Origin: Takakia lepidozioides
Lineage: Eukaryota; Plantae; Bryophyta
Direction of reading: 5' to 3'
DNA: 64,000 bases
Assembly: GCA_030704615.1 (NCBI GenBank)
Contig: CM060731.1
Span: 75,702,001 to 75,766,000 of the forward strand
Part shown: positions 47,541 through 64,000 of the stretch, piece by piece
Layout: each line of letters begins with the position of its first letter
Position numbering within the stretch: the stretch's first letter is position 1
Program-made: the position numbers and the translations under genes
Notes under the pieces: model-generated
Databases searched by the model: none
What the model saw: only the letters and a program-made list of their open reading frames with translations
Told to the model about the DNA's origin: nothing

Positions 47541-49515
47541 GTGGCAGCAGGAAAGTATCCAAAAACAGATAACAGAGATGAGGAGAAGCTTTGGAATGAA
47601 CATTTTTCCGACCCCAATCAATGGTGGGACAATGGGGACAAAAAGGTGAATGCCTGTTGGACTGCAGAGAGAAGCAGGTGCAATTCAGAACAATTGATAG
47701 AACAAGGGACTGCTCACGAAGGCACCTTCTTCAATACATTTCAGCTTATTTTTCCCTGTTATCAGAGTCGTCCCTAAGTTTTCATGTTGAATTCTGGAAG
47801 TTAGCTCATTGGTGGATCTATGGTGGTTTTGGAGTGATTTAACATGTTGCTGCCAATGTGGCAACAGGAAGGAAAATATCGAAAAACAGATAACAGAGAT
47901 GAGGAGAAGCTCTGGAATGAAAACATTTCCGATCCCAGTCAATGGTGGAACAATCGAGGCAAAAAGGTGAATGTCTGTTGGAAGCATACGCAAGTCAGCA
48001 TAGGAACTAGTGTGATAAGTAGGGCTAGGGTGTTGGTTGGACCAATTCTAGGTTGTCATTGTCAGTTGCTAGCAGCAAGGCAAGGATGTATGCATGATTT
48101 GTACAGAGGAATGGATAGCTGAAGGAGCAGGGATAGAACGTCATTCTTCTTCAAAAATAAAATAGGTGCTCCCGCGGGGGATTTCGAATGTCGAATGAAA
48201 TTCTTTGACAAATTTTCATCAATGTATTCGCGTAAAGCAGTCAGCTCCGTCTGAGATAAATTGTAGATTGGGCCGAATGGTGGTTGAGCTCCTTCTTGCA
48301 ACTCAATTGCAAAATCATAAGGTCGATGTTTTGGCAACACGTCTGCATTTTTCTTCTCGAAGACATCCTTGAAATCTTGATATTGAGTGGGTAATGTCGA
48401 AGTACCTTGGTTTATTGTGGTTTTTGATCGGAGTCGCATAAAGTGCAAATGTCGCGTCTTTCTTCGTAGCTCTCATGAAGGCTCTAGCTCCAAGAAACAT
48501 GGATTGAATACCTCCAGATTCGTCCAAGAGGGATTTTAAGCTCCATATTACCTATGATTCCCTGTGGAAGGACAGGTGCAAGAAACATATGGTCAACTGG
48601 AAGCCGCAGCAACAACGACACAATTGATAAAATCAGGCATTGCTAAAATCAGGCACCTTCCTCAACACATTTCATCCTGTTTTTTCCTCTTATCAAAATC
48701 GGCCCTAAATTTTCATGTTGAATTCTGCAAGTTAGCTGGTTGAGGGAACCTTTGATAGTTTGGAGTGACTGACATAATACTGCCAATGTGACACAGGAAA
48801 GTATCTAGAAACAGGTAACAGAGACGAGGAGAAGCTATGGAATGAATACTTTTCTGACCCCAGTTAATGGTGGGACAATCGAGGCAGAAAGGCGAATGCC
48901 TGTTGGATTACAGAGAGTAGCAGATGCAATTAAGCATAGGAACTAGTGTGATAAGTTGAGTTCGGTGTTTCCTAGGACAAATCTAGGCTGTCATTGTCAG
49001 CTGCTAGCAACAAGGCAAGGATGTATGCATGATTTGTGCTGAGGCATGGATAGCTGATAGAGTGTGGGTCCAGATTCATTCAAGAGGGCCGGACTTCAAG
49101 CTCTAGATTACCTACGATTCCCTATGGATCAATAGCTACAAAAAACCTGCATGGGTAGATGGTCAACTAAAGGCAGCAGCACAGTTGATAAAATCAGGCA
49201 CCTCAACCATGACCACAGCTTTTGAAAGAGGATCAAGAGAGGGAGTCCACAATGCCTCTTCTGGCACTTCTGGGCATGTGAAGATGCTTTGTGCAGCAGA
49301 CTGACTGACAGAGGCTCTACAAACTTTAAACCAAGGAGGCATTTCAGCAGATTCAGATACTCTCTCGCTTAAGTGGAAGGTCTGGAAGCTGGAAAGTAGG
49401 TGCACACTGACATAAATCAAAGTGGATTCACGCCAAATGTTTTCTACTCAACACCCTTGTCAACATATATGTTGAGTGTGAGAGCATCATGGATGCTCAC
49501 CAAGTGTTCAACAGA
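47541..49515 (+). pseudogene. PDF-motif PPR pseudogene with a triplicated first exon
   Basis: Three copies of DEEKLWNE..SDP.QWW.N..KK|GT (donors at 47646, 47967 and 48892). Exon from 49074: IHSRGPDFKL*ITYDSLW..VKMLCAAD*LTEALQTLNQ..LNTLVNIYVEC..DAHQVFN. Confidence 0.85.
48135..48510 (-). mobile_element. Gypsy (Tcn1-like chromovirus) RT N-terminal fragment
   Basis: [71 protein letters not shown]. Confidence 0.85.
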
Positions 49516-49633
49516 CAGTGCAGGGACCATTGCAGGTGTGACTTGGGCTCTAACCTCACATTAGAACTCATGATTAAGGCTTGCACAGTGACTATCTTAT
49601 GCATTGATACTATCACACGAGGAACACAATTAT

Positions 49634-52600
49634 TCACTCTTTTATCACAAAAGTGAAACCACTCCCACAAAATACTCGAGGTTGGAGCTTGTGGTTTGAG
49701 CTACCCGTGTCACCGGAAACAGAGACCTCTGAAAGAAAACTGTGGTCTTCAATTGGTACATGTTGTGGAAGGTTCTGATCGTCAGTGGTGCCCAAACCGA
49801 GCTGCCCATGCTCTGCCCACCCCCAAACCATCACCGTGCCATCCTCTGCATTCAACCCCCATGATCTTAACATTACTAAACATCGCAGGCAGATAACATG
49901 AGCTCTACCTAATGATACCATCCACCTAGGAATTTTGAATAGCAACAAGTGTTGATCTTACCAAGTACAGCAGTTGAATGCTCTGCTCCAGCAGATACCC
50001 ACAATGCCCGCCTGCACCCTAGACTACCAACTTTTCGAAGCCCAGGCAATGAGACTTTTGAAATTAGCTGCACACCAACGTCTCTCCTCAGCTCACCCTT
50101 CCCTTCATCTTTGCCCACTGCCAAGGCCCTGCAAGATAAAGAAGCTTCCAGAAGGGCATGCTCATTGCTCTTCATGTTGCATATATGACCACTTTCTGCA
50201 TTTGCAACTGGGAAATGGGAGCCACCCCGGCTTTTCTCCAATGCATAGGATGTACTGCTGGCTACCATTTCAGACTGATTCTCTGCATCCTTAGAAGCTT
50301 CCTCACATGTTCTCCCAAATAGACTATGGGTACTGATCACATGGCTGTTACCAGAATCCTCATGACGGGTGGTGGACGTTTGTGATGCTCTCCATAAGCT
50401 GCTCTCTGTTTGGGGATCTGATGGCAGGTAGCAATCCGAATCCTGGGATCCCAACTGCCCGCAACGATTACTGCCCCATGCCCAGACCTGCTGTTCTTCT
50501 GCACTAGGTTGATCATACCGGAATTAGACAGTGGCACAATAACATTGTATCTCCACTAGTCCTCCTAGAATACTCTGGAAGTTCAAAAGTAGGGTAAACA
50601 TTATGAATAGTAATCTGACACATGCTATGTCCTCGAGTACTATATCCATCTATACTTGCAGGTGACCTGTCCTTTGAGAACAAAGTAGAAGCGTTCAGAC
50701 TGGTACCTTGCACAAAACTCAATTTGGATTATCAACAAATGATCCGTGAAGTTCAGTCACACCTGAAAGAGCCAGACCGTGGCTCCAACCAAGAGAGATT
50801 TGCCGTAACTGCAGACCTGAAGCTGCTGCAGAAGGAAGGAAAATATTGGGGCTACTGTTGAAACCCCTGCCCCAGATATACAAGTGACCTGTCCCTGCAA
50901 AGAAAAGAATGAGTTACAAAGAATGACTAAGTAGCCAAATCACTTTTGTGCATGCCTGCAAGTTTGCAACTTACCAGTCAGAGCAGCACTGTGATCTCCA
51001 TTTGCAGAAATGGTCACTATTCTCTGCATGTCCAACGCTGAGATGACCTGAGGGCGAGAAACTCGCCCAACCCCCTTGGTCCAGCTATCACTTCTCTCCC
51101 AAGGAGGAGTACCAAGCTGACCTCGTTTACTTGATCCAAATGCAAACACTCTTGCTGCCTCTGATGGCCCTGATGTAGCAGTCATAGCCAACAACCCTCT
51201 CACTTAGAGACCACCAGCCACTTTCCCACAGGAACTTGCAAATCATATATTATGAAGTGGATAAAGTTGATTGAAGTTCAGCAAAATTCTGTGGATGTAT
51301 CCATTGGCCACTGTTGACTATTTGATCAGAAGCTCATTTCGTCCGATTTGAAAGAGAACAATGGCAATTGCTTGTTGATAGGAGAATACCACTTGTAGTT
51401 TAGTTGTGTAGGTTGCTAAACAACAAACAACCTGACTGTAGCAGACTCTTCCCCATAGTCCAACCCCAGGGAAGAACCAAGGGTTCTTTCTTGCGTCGAC
51501 TTTGACAGACAAAATTTAACAACAGATTCTCACCTTGGACAAGGGCAAGAGTGTGGCGCATGCCACAGGCAGCCATGGAAACCCTGGCAAACGCCAGATG
51601 CTCAACTAGACAGGGCCGAAGGCGCACTCCAAAGTCATCAAGCCCAAGCTGCCCAAACTTCCCATCCCCGCATGTATAAAGTTCTCCACTCTCTACAAGG
51701 CACAAGACTTCCAATGTTATAGATCCTCCCTGGCTGTGTTCTGGTGTCTGCCGGTCTCTGCCTTGCTCCTATTCCACCCTCTCTCTGTCTGTTTATGTCT
51801 GTGCTTCTCCCTGTGCAAGGGGACATGGCCACTATGTTGGAAGGTTTCTTTCTCTCCTCCATGTATCCAGGGGAAACCTGCCAAAATCTACATACACACT
51901 GACCTGACCAAAATCTACTCCTATGTGCCACATGCAGCAGTGCAGCTGTTGTGTCCGGAAAATAATGAGACTTTACAAAAGAAGCCTATAGGTTACATAC
52001 CCCATGACTCTGACTTGGTGTCCTTCTGGCCTTCAAACTCAAGTTACAGTTGCAAGGATTTCTGAAATACTGCAGGACGCAAGAGCATTACGACGCCCTT
52101 GTAGAATTGAAGGAGGGAAAGCTGACCTGTAACAAAGGCTGTGTGGTTCCAGCCAGCAGCAACATTCTGGATTCGAAGACCCTGCAGTGGTTTGACAGGT
52201 CTTGGCAAGCTACTGCTTGCTTCATCACCATGACCAAGTGGCCCTGACTGACCACGTCCCCAGGTGCCCACTTCGCCTCCTTCTACATCAATCAACCACC
52301 GTGATCAACTGCAAATTTTGGCGGAGGAAACCCCCACGTTCAAACCATTCATGATCTCCGAAACCCACGTTGAAGGGGCCCATTCTTCAAAAAAGGAGGG
52401 CACCAAGGAAAGGGACAAGCCTAGTTGAACATATCAGCAACCTCTGAACTCATGGAAACTTAAAGCCCTTCCTCTAAGGTGACCAATTTGGCACCGCAAC
52501 GCATGCAGAGACCTTGCCACACATAACGCAAGGCCTGTCATCGGAATTTGCAGATGGCTGTTTGCCTCCATCCTTTCAGCTGAGCATTCTTCTACTCAGC

Positions 52601-52977
52601 CCTCCATCAACGAGGATCCTTTCTCCCAGGGTGCTGCTTGGCAGCGATAGCTGCACATTAGCAAAAATTGACCCGGGAAAATGACAAACTTTTCTCCTAA
52701 CAAAAATGGACGAGCTTCTTAAACCCTTCCTTCCAGAACAACTGTAGAATGATGTCCACTGAATGCCAACTTCAAACTATCATACCACAGTGGTTGCCTC
52801 GAATTCACAGTGCATACCAAGGACTGCCACAGCATGGGCGCCTCCACAAGCCATGTGGGTGATCGTTAGCCCGCATAATGCAGGCACACGCTGGGGTGCT
52901 AAAGTGTCACTCCAGGAACCAGAGCCCAGCTGCCCGTGCGTGCCCGCCCCCCAGCTCCATACTTCCGCCTCCCTCAT
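49634..52977 (-). CDS. RCC1/UVR8-like beta-propeller repeat protein, multi-exon
   Basis: VWSWGAGTHGQLG..ACGGAHA; TWGRGQSGPLG..AAGWNHT; TCGDGKFGQLG..ACGMRHT; FGSSKRGQLG..ANGDHS; SAGAEHS; VWGWAEHGQLG..FCGSGFT. Confidence 0.92.
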
Positions 52978-53422
52978 GACTACTGGTCAGATTGCTTTGC
53001 CCTCAGTTCCCAAATGCAACCGCTCGTCGAATTGAGACTGCATGTAATGTTTAGGAGCTGAATTAATACACAGGAGAGATCGCTTCCATAGGGGACTTCC
53101 TAAACCCGCGAAACGTGAGCGCGCGGATCTCTTGCTTGGCAGATAAACGTTCCTGGAGCCCTTCCTCACTTCCGTTTGGCACTCTCTGTCCTCACTACGG
53201 AAGCCACCGCAACAACGGACATAAGGGGAAACGATGATTGCAGAGGTCAACGAGAATCATCAGCACTTGCACTGAATCGAGGACCCTTCCCACTGTCCAG
53301 GAGAGGGATTAAACATTGCCGCAAAGAGGCACAAATGATGTGGATATGCTGATATTGTGATGGAGAGATGTTGTCAGGGATGATGTGCAGAAGTTGTGAA
53401 GCATTGTCAGTACGCAACCAAC

Positions 53423-56969
<3,547 letters not shown>

Positions 56970-58242
56970 TCATGTGTGGACTCTGGAGCCCCACTCTTCA
57001 GTTCAAAAATACCTAAACTTTGATGTATTCATTTGATCTGCCACAAAAGGGAGTATTTTTCCTTCAGAATTGATAAACATGTTGGTGAATTTAGGTCAGT
57101 TCCTTTATATGCTACGATCAACAAGAAAGGAATTGTACATCAAATTGTGTACTTCCCCATTGATATTAATTGAGGAGAGACATAGCTTTAACTACAAAGT
57201 CATAAACTGTTGCTGATGCCCCAGCCAGCAATATTTGTGCAATCTATTATGTGGAGCTTCCAGGTACGGTGATATACTTACAAAGCATGTGAGCAGAAGA
57301 GGATATACCAGAAATTCCTAGAATATTCTTGAAAAGATGCATTAGTGAGACTAAAATGTGCAATTTGTGCTCACGAGTAGACTTGTGCTTATGTGAGCAC
57401 AAACCACACGAAGAGAAATAGACATGGGAGAAATAGGCACAAAATCAGTCATGAATATGGACGGGCACCCTATTTCCGTGGTTTGTTTTTCTGTACACAC
57501 AAGCACATAACAATTCGTTAGCGAAATAAAACAATCTCACGTCATCTCTTATATGAAAAACCAAACACAACACATTTCGTTTCGCCACGAAACCATAGGA
57601 TAATGACCTACGCAGCGATTCCTGAAAATTTCGCCAACGAAACCTAACATTTTGCTAACGAAATCCAATATTTCGTTGGCGAAACCCATTATTTCGCTGG
57701 CAAAACTCAATACCTTGATTTTTGTCGCTATCGAAACCGTTGTTTGCCTCATTATATTAAATTGTTCAACTATTGTTTGGTATTTGTGTGTTTTGGATGG
57801 TGTTGGTTATTGTGACTTTGTTTCCCTAATGTGTTATTCTTTTGTAGGATACCAAAACTGTAGATATGTGGAACTTGGAGCTTGTAGATATACATTATGG
57901 GTGCCTATTCTGCACTAGGGTTTTGGATTTAGGAACATAAATTAGCATAGAAACCCTATAAATGCACCATGTCTCCATATCCGCCAATGGTTTAATTCAG
58001 TTTTGAAAACATATAACTCCTATTACCGTGGTTTAAAAACATAAAACCCCCATGACCGTGGGTTTGTGCTCCCACCGCTATCCTCACGTCCTACCAACCC
58101 CCACAAATGGGACACTGGACTTTGCTTTTTTGTGCTCCTTGAAGACATCACTTAGGTCTGATGGATAAGCAGAGAATCTGAAGGTGCTGCTTGTTGCTTG
58201 CATGCTTTTAGGTCTGTTGGTGAATCTGCTTATTCTGGGTAA

Positions 58243-58275
58243 TTATTTCGAGCGGCACGCTCGAAATAAACTAGT
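58243..58275 (+). mobile_element. Helitron-like 3' terminus (hairpin + CTAG|T)
   Basis: TTATTTCGAGCG-GCA-CGCTCGAAATAA perfect 12-bp stem followed by A-CTAG-T. Confidence 0.4.
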
Positions 58276-59704
58276 GTAGTAATGGATGACTAAGATGTGA
58301 TGTGCATAATAATACACACGACAATGTCAGCTTCCCATAAAACTTTAAAATGTCTTCAAAACTTTGTTATTTTAGATATTTTATTTTATTTATTTAATCA
58401 ATGTGTGGCACTGATCGATTTAATCTTATGAACATTTGATAGATGTTATTAACTTCCAACCGTTCCCGTACATTGAACGGTGGTTCTCATTTATAATCTT
58501 TTGTTAGTTTAAAGTTTCTATGTAAATGTGAATCTCGCAACAAGTGCTATTGCAACAATCAGCAACTACTATGACTATTCCATTATTCTTAGTGCATCGA
58601 TTGATGAGGGATTATGCAATCAATTTTATTGCTTCAAATTGGTTTACATGTCTAACTTACGTGTTCGTCTTCCTTTTTCTTTTTCTAGCTTCCACTACTA
58701 CTTCTTCTATAGTCTATAGATCCTAGTCTACTTCTTCCCCTTATATACAACTGCTCGTATCCATTGTACAAGTGTACATGCCTCCTCTTATAGTGGCCAA
58801 CAATAGGTCCACCACCAAACTCCTGCAAACCCTACACTAGCTATGAGATCACTTCCCGCTCTCAACATACGCAAAATTGAAGGTGGTTGGCTGGTCATCC
58901 AGTCAGTTTTTTCTAAAGAGCCCTCCTCCCAAAGGGGAGGAAGAGGCTCTCACTTACGATAACTTTGGTGGGGGTCTAATATATAGCCAAGAGTATCTTT
59001 TGCGTCATTGCAATTTTCATGGTAACTCAAGACATGTATTGGACGGATGATACTCTCGCCACTAGCGTCGGTGGCGCCAACAGTGTGAACGAGTAGGTTG
59101 ATTTGTCGAGGACGTGATTGCATTCTTTGGTTTACCAAATGCCCAATAAATCAAAGGTGAAAGCATCTCAAGCATAATTTTAAAGGATCTAAGAATCTAT
59201 TAGAAAATATTTAATGAACAAGTGTGATGAAGACATGGGTGGGGCCTATGCATACCACCAAATCATCTACAACCACTAGTGGTTGTTCATGGGAGTTATA
59301 CATTATTTGTTGAGGGTATGGATGATTTTGAGTTGTCGTCCAGGGTTGTGGATGATGTGTCGAGGGTTGTAGATTATCGTCTATTGATTACATGGGCATT
59401 TTATATTCCACATCCATACATTTTGGTTTCTCAATGGCCAAACTGATTTTGACCATTGGTTTCATGAACTGAGTTAAAAAGTGGGCCTGAAATTCTGGCG
59501 ATGACACCACATTTTGGTCCTCATTTTTAACATGGGCAAGTCGAAGAGCCAAATCTGAGCTCGCCAAATGGCTAAAATTCGCCAAAAAGAAAACGCTGCC
59601 TGAAACTAGAAACCCACAAAACTAAAATTACCAGCTCACAATTCTTTGTGACGAATGCCAAGAAACAATGATCATGGATAAAGAGATGATGAAATCCTGT
59701 ACAG

Positions 59705-62700
59705 TTTTTTTATTTTTTTATTTTTTATTTTTATTAAGAGAACAGGGGATTGGCCCTGGTTGGGAACTTTATTCCTGAGTTATTGAAGGGAAAAAAATTA
59801 AAACCCTTGAGGCTGCCATAAGGCATATCGCATGGGAGCCATGCATGATATTCGTCACCGAGGATTCTTCCCGGATATTCTGTAAGAAGATCCAGTGCTC
59901 TACTGGCGTGCTGCCTAAAATAAGTTGGCTTTTCTAAGCCCATGGGAGGGTGTGTGAACCCCTGGAAAAAACAGAAGACAAAGACTTGAGTCGTTCTGCC
60001 GACTGGAGGACTACCAGATAGTGCCAATAAATCTTCCTGTCCAAGACCAAGCAATGCTTAACCGCATGCAATGCTCTTCTGCATGCAAAGAAGAACAAGC
60101 TAAAAAAAGAGCCTTGCACATGTGCCTGTCTGGGGCTAAAATAAACGAAAAAAGTTAAGAGATAGATGGGGAGCCGAGAGGGTAGGGTAGGCCACGAAAC
60201 GGAACGCAGTGGAGATTGCGAAGGGGAACGGGGCGGTGGAGTTGATCAGGGGAGGAGGTGGAGAGAGGCAGCCGAGCCAGAATGAATCGTGAAGCTACCG
60301 ATGGAAGTGGAGCCGCATTGCAGAAGACGAACGGACATGTTTCCAGTTAATTTCGGATCTTTCAAATTCAGTGGAGACCGAAGAGGAGACCTCTGTGTCC
60401 TTCCCAACAGCAGGGGAGTTTGTCTGCCCATACACAGGTGAGGTCATCATAGCAGCGACAAAGGATCCCATCATTGCCCCAATTGGCACGGTAGGCAGAG
60501 ATGAGGGCAGGCAGACGCTGTGGTTTCTTGGCAGCCTCTGCACACAGTGAAGCCCAAGCTTTTTTAGCAGCAATCAACAGATCAAAGAAAACCAGAGATA
60601 AGATTGCTGACGCAGAGGTGTTCTCATAGTTGATTGCCAAGCACATCGACTTTTCCAAATGTTCCAGAGTACCGAGCTTCTAAGAGACTCAAAGATATGG
60701 CAGTCCGTGGCTTTGGATTTTTGGCTTTTGCAATAGTTGAGTAAGATTGCCATGGATCCAAAGTGCAATGCATCCCAAGAGCTATAGAAGCTTTGCACCA
60801 TCGGCCAGATGGTTGCCGGTGCCAGACAGTAGAGAAGGCAATGCTCCAGTGTTTCTATTGTCTGGTTTGTGCAACAGTGACACAGGAGCGCATCATTGAA
60901 ATTCAGAAGGCCCACCTTGAGAACCCTGTTTGCCACTTGCCATAAGACTGCACTAATTTTGGCTGGCTTTGTCTTTTCCCAGATGACCGCCCATATGCCC
61001 TTCCAGTTCTCCTAATTGAAATTTTCATGAGCCCATCTGCCTTCCCATTTTGAGATAAGAGGGCTTGCTCCGAGCATAGCTCTGTAGCCCATCTTGGCAG
61101 TGTATGAGAACATGGGGTGGAGCTCTTCCTGGAAAGCCCATTTCCATTCAGATGGGTCAAGTTGCAAGGTAGAAACGCCGGAATTCCCAAATAAGACGAA
61201 AGATCCCTTGCTAAGCCAAGTAAGGGTGTTTATCCCTCTGGGTGCAGTAGGATTGAATACTTTGTCCGGGGAGGTCCAATGGCAAATACGAACCAGGGTG
61301 GTATTGAAATTAGGGACTGTGACTGGGTCCTGACTGGAGAGACAAAGACGGCCTGAGAGGTCATTCGCTGTGAAGCAGAAGCCCTTGAACCATTGTTGAG
61401 AGACCTCGGAAACGTAGATGACTTGCAGAGAGGGAGGATTGTGCATAACCCATTGACCAGGATGAAGATCACCTTGCCCTGCTCTGAGAATTAGTTTCCA
61501 GGTGTCTGGGATGGAAAGGATGATTTGAGCAATCCCGGATCTAAGGCGGGTGGTCCCTAGAGTTTGCTGTAGCGATTGGGGGGAGCTGACCCATAGATTG
61601 TTGACTGTCGAGATACCTCTAGATTCCCAAGCTGCCCCATCTCTTTGCTGCTTGCCTTTCAAGAAGAGAGGGGTTCGGTTCATTAAGGAACAAGTGTTGT
61701 CGTAGTGTTTCCTGGAACGTAGATGGGTCCTGTTTCCTCAAGAATGGCCTAAGGGAATTCCAGGAGTTCCAGATTGAAGACCAAAGAGGGAGCCTGGAGA
61801 TTTGTGGTTGAAGCCTTGCAGTAGCCAGCGATTGGATGCAGGCCAGAGGACACGTTGCAGGGGAGAGGAGGAGGAAATGGTGGAAGAGACCATGAGCTTC
61901 CACCAGCCGCCCTCCGGCCCAATGAATCTGGGGATCCATTTTCCCAAAAGAGCCTTGATTTGCAATTCGGGATCCAGAACACCTAGGCCTCCCATTTTTT
62001 TTGGAAGACATATTTGGGCCCAGCATACTTGGGGCCTTTTATTCTGGGTGGAAGACTCCGCCCCTCAGATGAAGTTTCTGATTAATCTTTTGATTTCCTT
62101 GATGAGTTTCGACCCATGACTCCAAGTTGATGCAAAGTACCAGGTCCCTGCTAGCAAGATTTGGTTGGCAACTAATGCCCTACCTGTGATGGATAAGTCA
62201 CAGGACCCCCAGTAGGCTAGGTTGCGTTTGAGCTTCTAAATTGTGGTACCTATTCGCTGCACTTCAGATAGGTAGATTCTGAATGTGTGCCCTAGTAACG
62301 TGGTGGGCTCACCTTCTTTAAGCCACAGAAGCCCTAGATGTTGCCCCCAGGTTGGGTTGGCTCTTATGGCAGATTTAGAGATGTCTCCAAGAAGCATGGC
62401 TTTGGTTTTGGACCAGTTAACTCTAAATCCAGAGACACTGCAAGAAGTGAGAGAGTGTACATTCTGCCGCAGATAGGGAGGGATCGTCTGCCTGAAGCAG
62501 CAGAAATGTGTCATCTACAAACATGGAATCCTTTACCTATTTGTGGTGGTTATTTCTTGGGTTTTGCAGGTTGAGGCCTTTCACTTGAGTGTTATTGTCC
62601 AGCATGTGACCAAGGGTATCAGCTACAAATAGGAAGAGAAAGGGCGCTAGAGGGCACCCGTGTCTGACTGAGCGTTGTAACTTGAAGGGCTTGGACAGAT

Positions 62701-63520
62701 GCCCGTTGATCATGACTCTGCTGGTTGCTCCTTGAAGGAGAATCTGAACCCACTGGCAAAAGCCCAGTGGGATGCCTGATTTCCTTAGACCGCCATGAGA
62801 AAAGACCAGTCTACCTTATCGAAGGCCTTTTCAAAATCCAGGAGCCAGAGGGCAAGTGCCTGGCCAGATTTGCTTGCATAGTGGTTAGCCTCCTGAGCCA
62901 TGAGAACGTTGTCTAGGATGTATCTTCCCTTAACATAGCCTGCCTGACCAGACCTGATCATTGAAGGGAGAAGGGGCTGAATGCGGAGCGCAAGGGCCTT
63001 GGCAATGATCTTGTAAGCGACATTGAGCAGGGTGATGGGCCTATAGCCTTTATGGCATTGGCCATATCACAAAAGTCCTTGGAGATGGTCGACCAAAGAG
63101 ATTTGAAGAACTCTACTGGCATACCGTCGATCCCAGGGGCTTTGTTGTTGTTCAGGGCTTTGAGGGCATCCTCTAATTCTTCAGGGGTAAGACTTGCCTC
63201 CAAATCGAGCGCATCCTCTGCCTTCAGAGTTGTGGGGATGGTTTGAAGGCAAGCAACTAGCCTGTCTGGGTAGGCATGATCCTTTAAGTCTGCCTGAAAC
63301 AGAGAAGAGAAGTGATTGAAAGCAGTCGCGCACATTTGCTTGGGGTTGGAAGAAGTGTTACCAGGGAGATCCATATAGTCGGGAGATTGTCGACTGGATC
63401 TACGGAGCTTCACTTTTTGGAAGAAGTATTTGTTCATTTTTTCTCCCTTGGTTGACCAATTGATCCCTGCCTGCATTTTCATTTTGTTTTCTTGCTCTAT
63501 GTGGTAGCAGTCAAGGTTAT
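59705..63520 (-). mobile_element. L1-clade LINE, 5'-truncated and decayed (RT, zf-RVT, 3' UTR, A-rich tail)
   Basis: KAPGIDGMPVEFFK, RPITLLN, LDFEKAFDKV, GCPLAP, FVDD, GGLGV, CHCC..ETLEHCLLYC, WNIWKSR. (T)nA tract at 59705-59735 on the + strand. Confidence 0.92.
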
Positions 63521-64000
63521 GGCGTTACAGCTTTATTTACACGAAACATGAGGTATTTGAACATATGATAGAAAAACCCCAAATCCTGGGAAGGACAAAG
63601 AAGGGAGGAAAGGGAAGCAAGCTAAACTATTTAAACTATTTAAGCTATTTAAACTGATCAAACTGAGGTGGGTCACTCGGTATCTGTTCTACAAAGTTTT
63701 ACGAGTCAAATTGTGTGTGGGGTGATCGTGTGTGCTCAAGGAAGAGATGATCATGGTGCAACACCTGCATGGGTGGAATGTGCCATGTGTGTCTGCAGCT
63801 CCATGCCTCCTCAGGCTTCCCTCTTCTTCCATGCGTGAGTTTCCTTGCTGGGTTGTCTCTTTTTCAGAAGTATAAGACTGGCTAGCATATCTCTATCTTT
63901 ACCTGTCGATTCCTGTTCCTCACAGCCCTTCCCCATTGGCTAATGCAGTTTGACAAGCAAGCACTGGGGTTGGAATTAGAGTAAGGAAACTCAAACAAGT

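Noticed and set aside
49634-52977. UVR8 itself
   Set aside because: The repeated GWRHT motifs are absent, so it is a generic RCC1-family protein.

Overview
This is eukaryotic nuclear DNA from a seed-free land plant, probably a moss. That is an inference from the PLS-class PPR gene with a DYW remnant, GT-AG introns, a TMC-like gene and a Tcn1-like retroelement fragment. The first ~25 kb is a nest of transposons. It contains (i) a + strand Ty3/gypsy LTR retrotransposon whose pol carries a DNMT3-type cytosine-5 DNA methyltransferase between protease and reverse transcriptase and ends in a PHD finger after integrase (the main finding); (ii) a Mutator-like element with three GGCGCC-centred palindromic tandem arrays; (iii) the 3' half of a second gypsy element with about 4 kb of extra ORFs; and (iv) further TE fragments. 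The gene-rich part (25.7-57 kb) holds a small chimeric membrane-protein gene, a hAT MITE, a multi-exon TMC channel-like gene, and a PLS-PPR gene with an N-terminal OSB-type PDF motif and a decayed DYW domain. It also holds a pseudogene paralog of that PPR gene, an RCC1-repeat gene and a METTL4/MT-A70 gene. A 5'-truncated L1-type LINE lies near the end. All calls come from reading motifs by eye and no searches were run, so exon and TE boundaries are approximate unless termini or TSDs are quoted.
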